Of a stretch of DNA of 64,000 nucleotides, positions 9,835-18,269 are shown piece by piece. Below the pieces are notes generated by a model. The model was not told the DNA's origin and made no database searches. It was given only the letters and a program-made list of their open reading frames with translations. A program made the translations under genes and the position numbers. Source of the DNA: Ignavibacteriota bacterium (GTDB lineage: Bacteria > Bacteroidota > Ignavibacteria > UBA10030 > UBA6906); contig CAWDEM010000008.1 of NCBI GenBank assembly GCA_963801355.1, positions 2,592,001 to 2,656,000 on the forward strand. Direction: 5' to 3'. The first letter of the stretch is position 1; the number at the start of each line of letters is the position of its first letter.

Positions 9835-12800
9835 GACACTCTCCTGACGACCCTGCGATCCACATAGGCAATGAATCCGGATATGCTCCGGCCCGGAAAG
9901 ATATCCTGTGCAACGCTCATATAGTGCCGGATCTGGCTGCTATACTCCTCGGGGTCCTCCGTAGCCCCCGTCTTGAAATCAAGCACGGCGACCTCCGTGG
10001 GGTCGACAACAATCCTGTCGACCCGGAGAAGATTTCCTTCGCGTGCCACGACTTCGAGTTCATTGACGACTGTCCGCTCCTGCCGTTCGGTAAAGAAGGG
10101 CAAAACCTCGGGCGTGCGGAGAAAATCCACGAGGACCGGCTTGATCTCGGCCCATTCCGCGGCAGGGATGGAGCGTGCTGCCGCCTCCAGCGAGACTTCG
10201 GGATCACTGACCACTGTCAGTTGTGAAAGGATGGCATGAACCAGCTCTCCCCTCCGGGTGGCCCAGTACCCGATTTGCTTCTGTGTGGCTACGGTGACAT
10301 TGATGCGCGCTGTCGCATGAAGGGGCGTCACCCCTCGTATGTCGCTCTCCCGTCCGTGCCGTTCCGGTCGTGCCGGGGGGCGTGTGCTCCCGGTTCCTCC
10401 CGCCGGCATAAGAACACGGGTGGGAAAACGGTCCGTCTTCGATGGGTCTCCGACGGCCAGAACATAGAGTTCCTGTTCAGCGCGTGTCAGTGCCACGTAG
10501 AGCAGGTTGAAGAGGTCCGTCAACCCGTTTCGCATCTCACGGTCATAGACGGCTTTGACTGAGGGAGACCACAACGCCATCTTGCTGTTCACACGAACGA
10601 TTTCGACGCCCCCCCCGCTGTCATCGCGGGCGTTCACGGGAGCGCGCTGATGTGTGTCATGGTAGAGCACGATCACGATGGGGAACTCCATCCCCTTCGC
10701 CTTGTGGATTGTCATGAGCGTGACCGCTGTGCGTGACGGCGGATCCAGAGTCCATACCGCCTCATCCTCCCCCGTTGCCCCTGAGGCAAACGCGAGAAAC
10801 TCTTTCATGCTGTTGTGGCCGTCCTGCTCGAACCCGTTCACCGCTTCCAGCAGCTTGAGAAACGCTCCTTCTTCGTGCGGAAACAGTGTGAACACATCGA
10901 AGGTTTTGCAGGCCTCGCAGACCAGGTCGTACAGCGGGAGATGACCGATACCGGAAAAGAGCGGGGCAAAGGAGGCTTCCCACACTTCGGGGAATTGCTC
11001 CCTGAAGAGCGTGTACAATGGAGAGCCGCCTGCATCCCGCAGCCGGGCGGCGAGATCTTGAAGTGCCGCCGCCTCGATGCGGGGCCGGCGGGCATGAAGT
11101 GCGGCGGCAAACAGATCACCCAGCATGAATGTGGCAAACGACAGCGAATCCACCGGCGTATCGAGGAACCGCAGGAGCGCGAGGAATTCTCCTATCACCC
11201 GGCGTGCGCGAATATCCAGGGTGCTGTGGGACACGAACGGTATCCCCTCATGATTCAGCCAGGCGCCCACGGTGACGACATGCTCGTTGCCCGGGGTGAT
11301 GACGGCGATGTCGCCGTGGCCGTACCCGCGCTTGACGGCATCATGGATGATTTTTACAATTGCATCACGTTCTGCGGGGACATCTTCGTTGTATGAGAGG
11401 CGCAGGGTCTCGACATGGCCCCTGCCCCGGCGGCCGGGGAGCGGCGTTTGACGGCAATGCTGCAGGCCGCTCTGAGCCGCAGCTTCGGCATCGGACCCGC
11501 CGCGACCGGCGATGGATTCAAATGTCGAAGCAACGTACTCCACGATGGCTTCATCGCTCCGCCTGTTATTCGCCAGCTGGAGCTGACGGACGGGCACAGA
11601 GGGGAAGGCTTCCGTGCCTGATGCAAGCCGCTGCATGATGCGCCAGTCGGCACCCCGGAAGCCGAAAATAGATTGTTTGGTATCGCCGACAATGAACAAG
11701 CTTCCGTCCGCCGCGAGTGCGTTTTCAAGAAGCGGATGGAACGCTGCCCATTGCAGCGGAGATGTGTCCTGGAATTCGTCGATGAGGAAATGGGAGAGTG
11801 ATTCGCCGAGCATGAGGTAGATGTCCGGCACCGCGCCGGTCTGAAGATAGGTCACCAGGCGGCGGGTGATTTCCTCGAATCCAAATTGTCCGCTCACTGC
11901 CCTGGCCGTGTCCAGGTGATGGACCATGGCGGCATAGGCATCGGCGAACGGGCGCGCGTCGAAGCGCGCCGCGGTTTCTACGACACGGGACATCGCCCCG
12001 TAGAATTCCTCTACCATGGAGTGCAATGCACCTCTATGACGCGCGAGAGCCGCTTCCTGGGCGGCCTTTCCCTTCTTCGTGTAGTTGTCCTGGCGGGGGG
12101 TGCGCCGCAGCATCGCACGCCAGTCGCCTCCGGCAACCAGGGTCAGATCGTCTGCGAAGTAGCGTGTCACAGGAAGGTCATGCCGGGTGATGAATTCCTG
12201 CAGGCCCGAGGCAATCCGCTCGAGTTCCTGGACGCGGGCCTTCAGATCTTCCGCCGTCGTGGTCTGTACCAGCGGGGCGATGACCGGGGCGAGCGTCTCC
12301 CTCAGTGCTCCGACGCCCTCGCGCACCGTCCCGAACGGATCCCAGAGCACGCGTGCATCCGCACCATGGCGCACCGCGAGGTCGTCCGCAAGCCGTAGCA
12401 GTGCCGCCGTTGCGGGTTCGCCGGGACGCAACGTCGCTCCGAAGAGTTCAAAGGCATACTCGAGCACGGGGCGCGGATCCAGCTGCAGTTCGAAGTCGGG
12501 AGGAATGCCGAGGTCAAGTGAGGAGGCTTTCACCATCCGCGCGAGGAAGCTGTCAATGGTCCGGACCTGGAAATCCGAATACCGCTCCAGCACGGTCGAC
12601 ACGATCGCGCCGGCCCGCCGGCGCACCTCCTCTGCCGCAAGACCGGTCTGCGCCATCACCGCGTCCATGAGGGCGTCGTCTCCCCCTACGCACAGCGACT
12701 TCAGAAAACGCAGGATACGCTGCCGCATCTCGGCGGCGGCATTGTTGGTGAACGTGATAGCAAGTATACTGGAGAGATCCTGCGCAGGCACACCGTCGGC

Positions 12801-12965
12801 GAGAAGCAACGTGATGTAGCGAAGCGCAAGCGCGTACGTCTTCCCCGCTCCCGCCGAGGCAGAAACCAGCGTAAAATCCGGAAACGACAGCAGAGGATGC
12901 GATCGAATTGGATCGGCCCTACAGATAGATGTGGAACAGAAAATGGAATTCGTTGTTGCGCACAT
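9831..12965 (-). CDS. addA: AddA-like UvrD helicase-nuclease (start uncertain)
   Basis: ASAGAGKT, ITFTNNAA, IDEFQDTS, VGDTKQSIFGFRG, MTIHKAKG, YVALTRA, RVDR..LDFKTG. Confidence 0.9.
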   Translation of the reverse strand: MCATTNSIFCSTSICRADPIRSHPLLSFPDFTLVSASAGAGKTYALALRYITLLLADGVPAQDLSSILAITFTNNAAAEMRQRILRFLKSLCVGGDDALMDAVMAQTGLAAEEVRRRAGAIVSTVLERYSDFQVRTIDSFLARMVKASSLDLGIPPDFELQLDPRPVLEYAFELFGATLRPGEPATAALLRLADDLAVRHGADARVLWDPFGTVREGVGALRETLAPVIAPLVQTTTAEDLKARVQELERIASGLQEFITRHDLPVTRYFADDLTLVAGGDWRAMLRRTPRQDNYTKKGKAAQEAALARHRGALHSMVEEFYGAMSRVVETAARFDARPFADAYAAMVHHLDTARAVSGQFGFEEITRRLVTYLQTGAVPDIYLMLGESLSHFLIDEFQDTSPLQWAAFHPLLENALAADGSLFIVGDTKQSIFGFRGADWRIMQRLASGTEAFPSVPVRQLQLANNRRSDEAIVEYVASTFESIAGRGGSDAEAAAQSGLQHCRQTPLPGRRGRGHVETLRLSYNEDVPAERDAIVKIIHDAVKRGYGHGDIAVITPGNEHVVTVGAWLNHEGIPFVSHSTLDIRARRVIGEFLALLRFLDTPVDSLSFATFMLGDLFAAALHARRPRIEAAALQDLAARLRDAGGSPLYTLFREQFPEVWEASFAPLFSGIGHLPLYDLVCEACKTFDVFTLFPHEEGAFLKLLEAVNGFEQDGHNSMKEFLAFASGATGEDEAVWTLDPPSRTAVTLMTIHKAKGMEFPIVIVLYHDTHQRAPVNARDDSGGGVEIVRVNSKMALWSPSVKAVYDREMRNGLTDLFNLLYVALTRAEQELYVLAVGDPSKTDRFPTRVLMPAGGTGSTRPPARPERHGRESDIRGVTPLHATARINVTVATQKQIGYWATRRGELVHAILSQLTVVSDPEVSLEAAARSIPAAEWAEIKPVLVDFLRTPEVLPFFTERQERTVVNELEVVAREGNLLRVDRIVVDPTEVAVLDFKTGATEDPEEYSSQIRHYMSVAQDIFPGRSISGFIAYVDRRVVRRVS

Positions 12966-14031
12966 CGGTAGGATCTTCGGTGACGATCCTGTAGATGGGG
13001 CGCACCTCCACTCCGCTGATGGGGAAGAACTCCGCTCCGATACTGTAGCGGGATGTGGCGCCGGATTTCAGATCCCTGTCAGGATCATAGAAATCGTATG
13101 CGACTTTCAGTTGCAGTCCATCGACCACGGTGTAGTTCGCTTCAGCATACAGGACCAGACCGGTCGTCGTCCTGAACGGATTTGCATACCGCAGCAGGTC
13201 TGCTTCTCCGACAAGACTGAGGCGACCGAGACCGATCGCGCCAAAGCCTCCATAGAGGGTGGTTGAGCCGCCGGACTGCTCCCGCCGGAACACATTCGCC
13301 CCGAGTCCGAGAAACGCCCTCTCCGCAAGTTCAAACATCCCCTCGAGACGGCCGAGAAACGCCTTGTCGCTCCCGCCCGTCGCGCCAAATCCGTCGGCCG
13401 CGTTGTAGACCCCCGCACCGATCGACACCGGACCCGGCGCAACCGAAGCCTCGAGTCCCGTAACCTCCGGCCGACCCGCCGCCGGACTGAAACCCGTGTA
13501 GGTGCGGATGAATGCAGTATGATCGTCAATCCGCAATCCATAGTTGGGAACGAACTTGCCGACCTTCACATGCCCGTTCCAGGGTAGTACGTGGAGAAGG
13601 CCGTACGCTTCGAAGCCGCTATAGAGCCCTTTTTTGAAATAGAGATGAACCTTCTTTGCAATGCGGAAGTTGAAGTAGATGTCACCCTGCATCTGCCAGA
13701 ATTCATCGTTCAACGTGGAGGCCGTTCCGGTGGAATCGGGTGACTGGCGGACGATATACAGGGTCCTGAAGTCCGCACCCACCCCGAGAAAACTTGGCAA
13801 CAATTTGGAGACATCTGCAAGTTCGAAATCTTCCGACCATTTGGGAACCGGGAGTTCTTCGCGGCCGTACTGTGCCCCAAAAGCATTGCGCATCCCGCCC
13901 CCCGCAGGATTCACATGGCAGGATTGGCATTTCGACCCGGTCTGAGCCGCGAATCTCGGCAGGGCATGCGCCCCGGGAGCGGCGATCAGAAGCATGCCTG
14001 CCATGCTGCAACAGAGTACTCGTGCTCTCAT
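12919..14031 (-). CDS. Outer-membrane beta-barrel with an N-terminal monoheme c site (Cyc2-like cytochrome-porin)
   Basis: Signal peptide ending AHA, then LPRFAAQTGSKCQSCH; alternating beta-strand pattern; C-terminal FLFHIYL; RBS GGAAGG. Confidence 0.7.
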   Translation of the reverse strand: MRARVLCCSMAGMLLIAAPGAHALPRFAAQTGSKCQSCHVNPAGGGMRNAFGAQYGREELPVPKWSEDFELADVSKLLPSFLGVGADFRTLYIVRQSPDSTGTASTLNDEFWQMQGDIYFNFRIAKKVHLYFKKGLYSGFEAYGLLHVLPWNGHVKVGKFVPNYGLRIDDHTAFIRTYTGFSPAAGRPEVTGLEASVAPGPVSIGAGVYNAADGFGATGGSDKAFLGRLEGMFELAERAFLGLGANVFRREQSGGSTTLYGGFGAIGLGRLSLVGEADLLRYANPFRTTTGLVLYAEANYTVVDGLQLKVAYDFYDPDRDLKSGATSRYSIGAEFFPISGVEVRPIYRIVTEDPTDVRNNEFHFLFHIYL

Positions 14032-14065
14032 CTGATTTGTCCTTCCGGCGTAATGAATACCACGT

Positions 14066-15481
14066 TTATCGTCGCTCTGATTCCGTCGGTTCAGCGTGAA
14101 TGACAACGCGACGGAGCTGGGGAAATTTGTCGTACAGCTTCGTTTCGAGCCGTGAGACTATATGATGGACCTCTTCGAGCGTGAGATGCCGCGCGATCGT
14201 ACAGTCCACGGCCAGGTTGAGCCGTTCACCCATGCGCAGCAGGCGCACACTGGTGCATTTCACGACGTTTTTGTCGGCGATGACCAGCTTTTTGACCGCC
14301 TGTTGGAGACGGTCGTCCTCCGCTGTAATCCCGGTCACCGCTGTCTCGTCGGGCTGATCCTCCTCCATGTGAATGGTCAGATGCTCGACGGAAGGAAGCT
14401 CCCGCCGTATCTCCTGCTCGATCCGGTCGGTCACGCCATGCGCGTCAACGAAACTCTTTCCCTCTTCGTATTCAATATCAAAGGCCACATGGTACTGTCC
14501 GTTAATGAAGTGTACTTCAAGGTTGTGCGGCGGATGGAGGCCGTTCCTGCTGACAATCATTCTGACCTTATCGGCGATGGTCTCATCATTACTCTCGGCC
14601 GGCTCGGCATGGACCACGATATCAATTTCCTTGTGCCGCATGTGGACCGCCTGTTCGATCCTGTCCATGATCGCGTGCGCTTCCTGAAACGGCGTGGTCC
14701 GGCGTACGGCGATGGTTGTGTCGACGAACACCTTGGCTCCGGACGGCCGCAGCCGGATGCTCCGGACTTCCTCCACGCCATCCACCTGGCGGAGAGTCTC
14801 GAGCACCTGCTCATACAGTCCTTCGGGAACGCGATCCATCAGTGCATCAATGGTCCGCTTCCCGAGGCGATAACTCACAAAGAGCACCAGCAATGCGACC
14901 AGAATTGCGGCAACCGCATCCACCCACATGTAGCCGAGTGCTACAAACGCCAATCCGAGCAGGACGACGAGGGAGCTCCACACATCACTCGAGAAGTGGA
15001 GCGCATCGGCTTCGAGCGCCTGGCTGTTGAACTTCTTTGCAACACGCTTCAGGGCCCGGGACCTGCTGATATCGACACCGATCGCCACGACAATGACGAC
15101 AAAGCCCCAGATGTTCGCCTCCACATGGCTTGTGCGGTAGAAGAGGCGTTGAACAGCTTCATAAATTATCCATCCGCACGTAATGATCAGCAGAAGGGTC
15201 TCAGCGAATGCGGAAAGATTCTCGACCTTGCCATGGCCATAGGTGTGTTCGCGGTCGGGCGGACGGTCCGCCACTCGCACCGCAAAATAGGTCATCAGGG
15301 CGGCAAGGAAATCCAGTCCCGAATGCGCCGCCTCGGACAGCAAGCCCAGGCTGTTCGTCTGAAGGCCGACAACGAGCTTCAGCAACGTAATGAAAATGGC
15401 GGCGAGCACCGAAGTGCGCGCAATACGCCGCTTCTCGTTTTTGGGATCTCTCTGCAGGGCGGTGCCGCTATATGATGCCAT
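14066..15481 (-). CDS. Cation diffusion facilitator (FieF-like) with three tandem C-terminal domains
   Basis: EAAHSGLD, HTYGHGKVE, ADALHFSSD; three repeats ending VVHAEP, TIHMEE, VIHAEP. Confidence 0.9.
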   Translation of the reverse strand: MASYSGTALQRDPKNEKRRIARTSVLAAIFITLLKLVVGLQTNSLGLLSEAAHSGLDFLAALMTYFAVRVADRPPDREHTYGHGKVENLSAFAETLLLIITCGWIIYEAVQRLFYRTSHVEANIWGFVVIVVAIGVDISRSRALKRVAKKFNSQALEADALHFSSDVWSSLVVLLGLAFVALGYMWVDAVAAILVALLVLFVSYRLGKRTIDALMDRVPEGLYEQVLETLRQVDGVEEVRSIRLRPSGAKVFVDTTIAVRRTTPFQEAHAIMDRIEQAVHMRHKEIDIVVHAEPAESNDETIADKVRMIVSRNGLHPPHNLEVHFINGQYHVAFDIEYEEGKSFVDAHGVTDRIEQEIRRELPSVEHLTIHMEEDQPDETAVTGITAEDDRLQQAVKKLVIADKNVVKCTSVRLLRMGERLNLAVDCTIARHLTLEEVHHIVSRLETKLYDKFPQLRRVVIHAEPTESERR

Positions 15482-15504
15482 CGCGATGTTCGGATTTCGG
15501 GAAA

Positions 15505-15939
15505 TCAGGGTTCCAGGCGAAAACGGACGCGCAATGCGTTTTCTTCGAATGACCAGGATATCAGTCGAAATCGGCCGATGTCTTCTGTCGTTGCCACATG
15601 TGCACCCGCACAGGGACAGGCATCGAAGTCACCAATGCGGATAATACGCACGATCTCCCCGACCTCATCCGGCAGCCGGGAGAGATTGAACTGCTGTTCG
15701 GCTTCCCGCCGGGCAAGGAACTCTTCCCGCACGGGGAGATCGCGGCCGATCTGTTCGTTCACCAGTGCTTCCACGCGGCGCGCCTCCTCCTCGGTGAGAA
15801 GACGTGTAAAACGGTAGTCGGCTTTGGACTTTTTCTTTTCCAGATGTGTTGTAAACGGACGTCCCATGCCGAACAGCTTCGCCAGTGCGCCGGTGAGCAG
15901 GTGTTCGGCCGAATGCATCCGCGGATCAGCTTCTTTCAT
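15505..15939 (-). CDS. alaX: Free-standing alanyl-tRNA editing protein (short AlaX)
   Basis: HSAEH (HxxxH) and CAGAH (CxxxH) zinc motifs, VRIIRIGDFD; 144 aa. Confidence 0.85.
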   Translation of the reverse strand: MKEADPRMHSAEHLLTGALAKLFGMGRPFTTHLEKKKSKADYRFTRLLTEEEARRVEALVNEQIGRDLPVREEFLARREAEQQFNLSRLPDEVGEIVRIIRIGDFDACPCAGAHVATTEDIGRFRLISWSFEENALRVRFRLEP

Positions 15940-15941
15940 TT

Positions 15942-17387
15942 CTATCCTTTCATCACCGCGAGCGGCACCAGCCGCGCCACCTTGCTCGCAATCCCCGCTC
16001 CTTGTACCACATCCACAACCTTATTGACGTTCTTGTACGCATCCGGCTTTTCTTCGGTCAGGCCGCTCCGGCTCTGCCCGCGAACAAGAATGCCCCTGCG
16101 TTTCATCTCCTCCAGCAGTGCCTCGGGGGAGGTGTCCCGCTTGGCTTGCGTCCGGCTCATAGCCCTGCCCGCACCGTGACACGAGGAGCCGAACGTCTCA
16201 GCCATCGCCCGTTCGGTGCCAACCAGGATGTACGATTCCGTGCCCATACTCCCCGGGATCAGCACCGGCTGGCCGACACCGCGCAAATCATCCGGAAGCA
16301 CCGGATGTCCCTTCGGAAAAGCCCGCGTAGCCCCTTTGCGATGGACGAGCACGGTTGTGCGGCGGCCGTTGACACGGTGCTCTTCCTTCTTGGCAATATT
16401 ATGACACACGTCGTACACAACCTGGATGTCATCTGTCCCCATGACCCTCCGGAATACCTGGCGCACTCCGTGCGTCATCATTTGCCGGTTGGCAAACGCG
16501 AAGTTGGCGGCAGCTCCCATTGCCCGCAGATAACTCTCCCCTTCGTGCGATGCGATGGGCACACACGCAAGTTGACGGTCCACGACATTGATCCCATATT
16601 TCTTCATGCTGCCGTCCATCAGGTCAAGGTAATCCGTGCACACTTGATGCCCCAACCCGCGTGAACCGGTATGGATCAGCACAACGATCTGCCCTTTGCG
16701 CACGCCGAAGACACGGGCAGTCGCATCATCATAGATCTCTTTCACTTCCTGAATTTCAAGAAAGTGGTTGCCGGACCCCAGCGTCCCCAGCTGCCGCTGA
16801 CCGCGCTCCTTTGCCCGGCTGCTGACGCTTCCCGGGGCGGCGCCCGGGAGGCATCCGAACTCCTCGATCCGTGCCAGGTCGTTGTCCTCACCATATGAAC
16901 GCCGTACCGCCCAGCGCGCACCGTCTGTCAGCACCTCATCCAGCTCCTTCTCATTCAAGCCCACAGGACCCTTGGAGCCGGTTCCACAGGGAATGTCGCG
17001 GAAGAGCTGGTTCAACAGCGTCGCCAGCTTTGCGCGGATATCCTCGGGGTCTGCGTTCACCGCCAGGAGCCGTACACCACAATTAATGTCGAAACCCACG
17101 CCCCCGGCCGAGACAATCCCGCTCTCCAGATCGGCGGCAGCGACACCACCGATACAGAAGCCGTATCCCTGATGCGCATCGGGCATGGCCAGCGACATGC
17201 CGACAAGACCCGGCAGCGTCGCCACATTGGCGATTTGTTCTGGTGTCTGGTCCGATGCGATCTGTCGCAACAACTCCGCGTCGGCATACACCATGCCGTC
17301 GATCCGCATCCCCTTCTTGGAGGATGCAGGAAGCCTGTAGCGATACTCATCGACACGCTCAAACACGCGCGCACTCCGGGAAGTCAC
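15942..17387 (-). CDS. rtcB: RNA ligase RtcB (archease-associated type)
   Basis: MPDAHQGYGF, VGFDINCGVR, LGTLGSGNHF, HTGSRG, HN, VHRKGAT, PGSMG, SCHGAGR, AYK. Confidence 0.97.
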   Translation of the reverse strand: MTSRSARVFERVDEYRYRLPASSKKGMRIDGMVYADAELLRQIASDQTPEQIANVATLPGLVGMSLAMPDAHQGYGFCIGGVAAADLESGIVSAGGVGFDINCGVRLLAVNADPEDIRAKLATLLNQLFRDIPCGTGSKGPVGLNEKELDEVLTDGARWAVRRSYGEDNDLARIEEFGCLPGAAPGSVSSRAKERGQRQLGTLGSGNHFLEIQEVKEIYDDATARVFGVRKGQIVVLIHTGSRGLGHQVCTDYLDLMDGSMKKYGINVVDRQLACVPIASHEGESYLRAMGAAANFAFANRQMMTHGVRQVFRRVMGTDDIQVVYDVCHNIAKKEEHRVNGRRTTVLVHRKGATRAFPKGHPVLPDDLRGVGQPVLIPGSMGTESYILVGTERAMAETFGSSCHGAGRAMSRTQAKRDTSPEALLEEMKRRGILVRGQSRSGLTEEKPDAYKNVNKVVDVVQGAGIASKVARLVPLAVMKG

Positions 17388-17423
17388 ACCAACCTACGTA
17401 TTGTCGCGGGGATATTCAACGCC

Positions 17424-17846
17424 TCAAATATCCAGATACACCCGCGCGCCCCATCCCTCATCATCCTGCCACACGGCGAGCTGGTGATAGGTGACGGCTT
17501 TGATATCCATCCGCACATGGTGCTTCCCCGCGCGGAGCGGTTCCCCGGCGACGGTTGCCTCGAGGCGATCCGGAGTGCACAACGAAATCCGGAATTCTTT
17601 CGAAACAAATCCCTGGCCGTCATAAAGATAGAGAATCTCCGAGAGCCAGCGGACGAGCATCTGTTCTGCATCTGCTGCCTGCAGTGTTATGCTTCTCCGT
17701 TCGCTGGTCTCCACGGTGGAGGGATCAAGAATGAGAGAGACGAGTGCGCCGGCCGCACGAGTGAACGCTTCCGCACATGTTGATCCCCGGGCTTCGATGC
17801 CGATATCCGAAGGATGATCCAAGAAGCGCACGCCGGCCGGAGTCAT
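17424..17846 (-). CDS. Archease
   Basis: DHPSDIG N-terminal motif, IKAVTYH, C-terminal VYLDI; directly upstream of rtcB. Confidence 0.95.
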   Translation of the reverse strand: MTPAGVRFLDHPSDIGIEARGSTCAEAFTRAAGALVSLILDPSTVETSERRSITLQAADAEQMLVRWLSEILYLYDGQGFVSKEFRISLCTPDRLEATVAGEPLRAGKHHVRMDIKAVTYHQLAVWQDDEGWGARVYLDI

Positions 17847-17867
17847 TGGTGTCTCATGGTTTGGAGT

Positions 17868-18023
17868 CCGGGTCTGAAGCCTGGGATTTTTCTCTGGGTT
17901 TAAAGTCTGGGTTTTTCCCCAGACTTTAAGGCCTGAGTTTAAAGCCTGAGTTTTTCCCCAGACTTTAAAGCCTGAGTTTAAAGCCTGAGTTTTTCCCCAG
18001 ACTTCATTCCCTGATTTTTTCTC
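17868..18023. repeat. Degenerate 13-nt tandem array (about 12 units) with a 39-nt higher-order period
   Basis: Units CTGAGTTTAAAGC / CTGAGTTTTTCCC / CAGACTTTAAAGC repeated about three times. Confidence 0.9.
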
Positions 18024-18048
18024 TCAGTCGTCAGTTGTTGGGAGGCAG

Positions 18049-18084
18049 AAAAAAAGGGGGGCTGACGCCAATGGCATCAGCCCC
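18049..18084 (-). terminator. Intrinsic terminator upstream of archease
   Basis: Minus-strand GGGGCUGAUGCC-AUU-GGCGUCAGCCCC then CC and U7. Confidence 0.85.
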
Positions 18085-18197
18085 TGAAAATATGACGGGC
18101 TGGCAGGATCCGGGGACTTACGTCGGGGCCGGACCATCTTCAGCGTCGGGGGGAGTACGCCTGAGCACAGCCCGCCAATACCATCACAGTCGGTACA
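18049..18197 (-). ncRNA. Putative structured leader RNA or sRNA (about 150 nt), family unknown
   Basis: Bounded by a promoter and a terminator; long closing stem, three-way junction with C-rich loops and a GUAA tetraloop. Confidence 0.55.
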
Positions 18198-18202
18198 ACC
18201 GA

Positions 18203-18231
18203 AGGATAGAGAAATTGGGCTCATGATGCAA
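18203..18231 (-). promoter_or_regulatory. Sigma70-type promoter for the leader RNA/archease operon
   Basis: TTGCAT-17nt-TATCCT on minus strand. Confidence 0.6.
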
Positions 18232-18269
18232 GTCCGATTGAAAAATTAATTCTGCGACTGTTCCCTCTG

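Noticed and set aside
12890-12965. Unusual addA start overlapping the upstream gene by 47 nt
   Set aside because: Cannot distinguish a real overlap, a non-ATG start or a sequence error; treated as start uncertainty.
14162-15475. 437-aa plus-strand ORF (likewise 36370-37815, 51056-52579, 52386-53567)
   Set aside because: Antisense to well-supported genes and without motifs.
17384-17671. 95-aa minus-strand ORF bridging archease and rtcB
   Set aside because: Alternative frame within archease, which is already complete and ends in its conserved DI terminus.
17868-18023. CRISPR array or oriC 13-mer unwinding element
   Set aside because: No unique spacers or cas genes; no DnaA-box cluster or dnaA nearby.
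18049-18200. Y RNA, tRNA, 6S, SRP, NiCo or yybP riboswitch, group I intron or known ribozyme
   Set aside because: The start GGUUGUACCGA resembles Y RNA but the complementary 3' strand and a T-arm are missing; consensus cores of the other classes were not found by eye.
18024-18226. Small ORFs of 63-66 aa on either strand
   Set aside because: No RBS or motifs; they cross the promoter and terminator elements.
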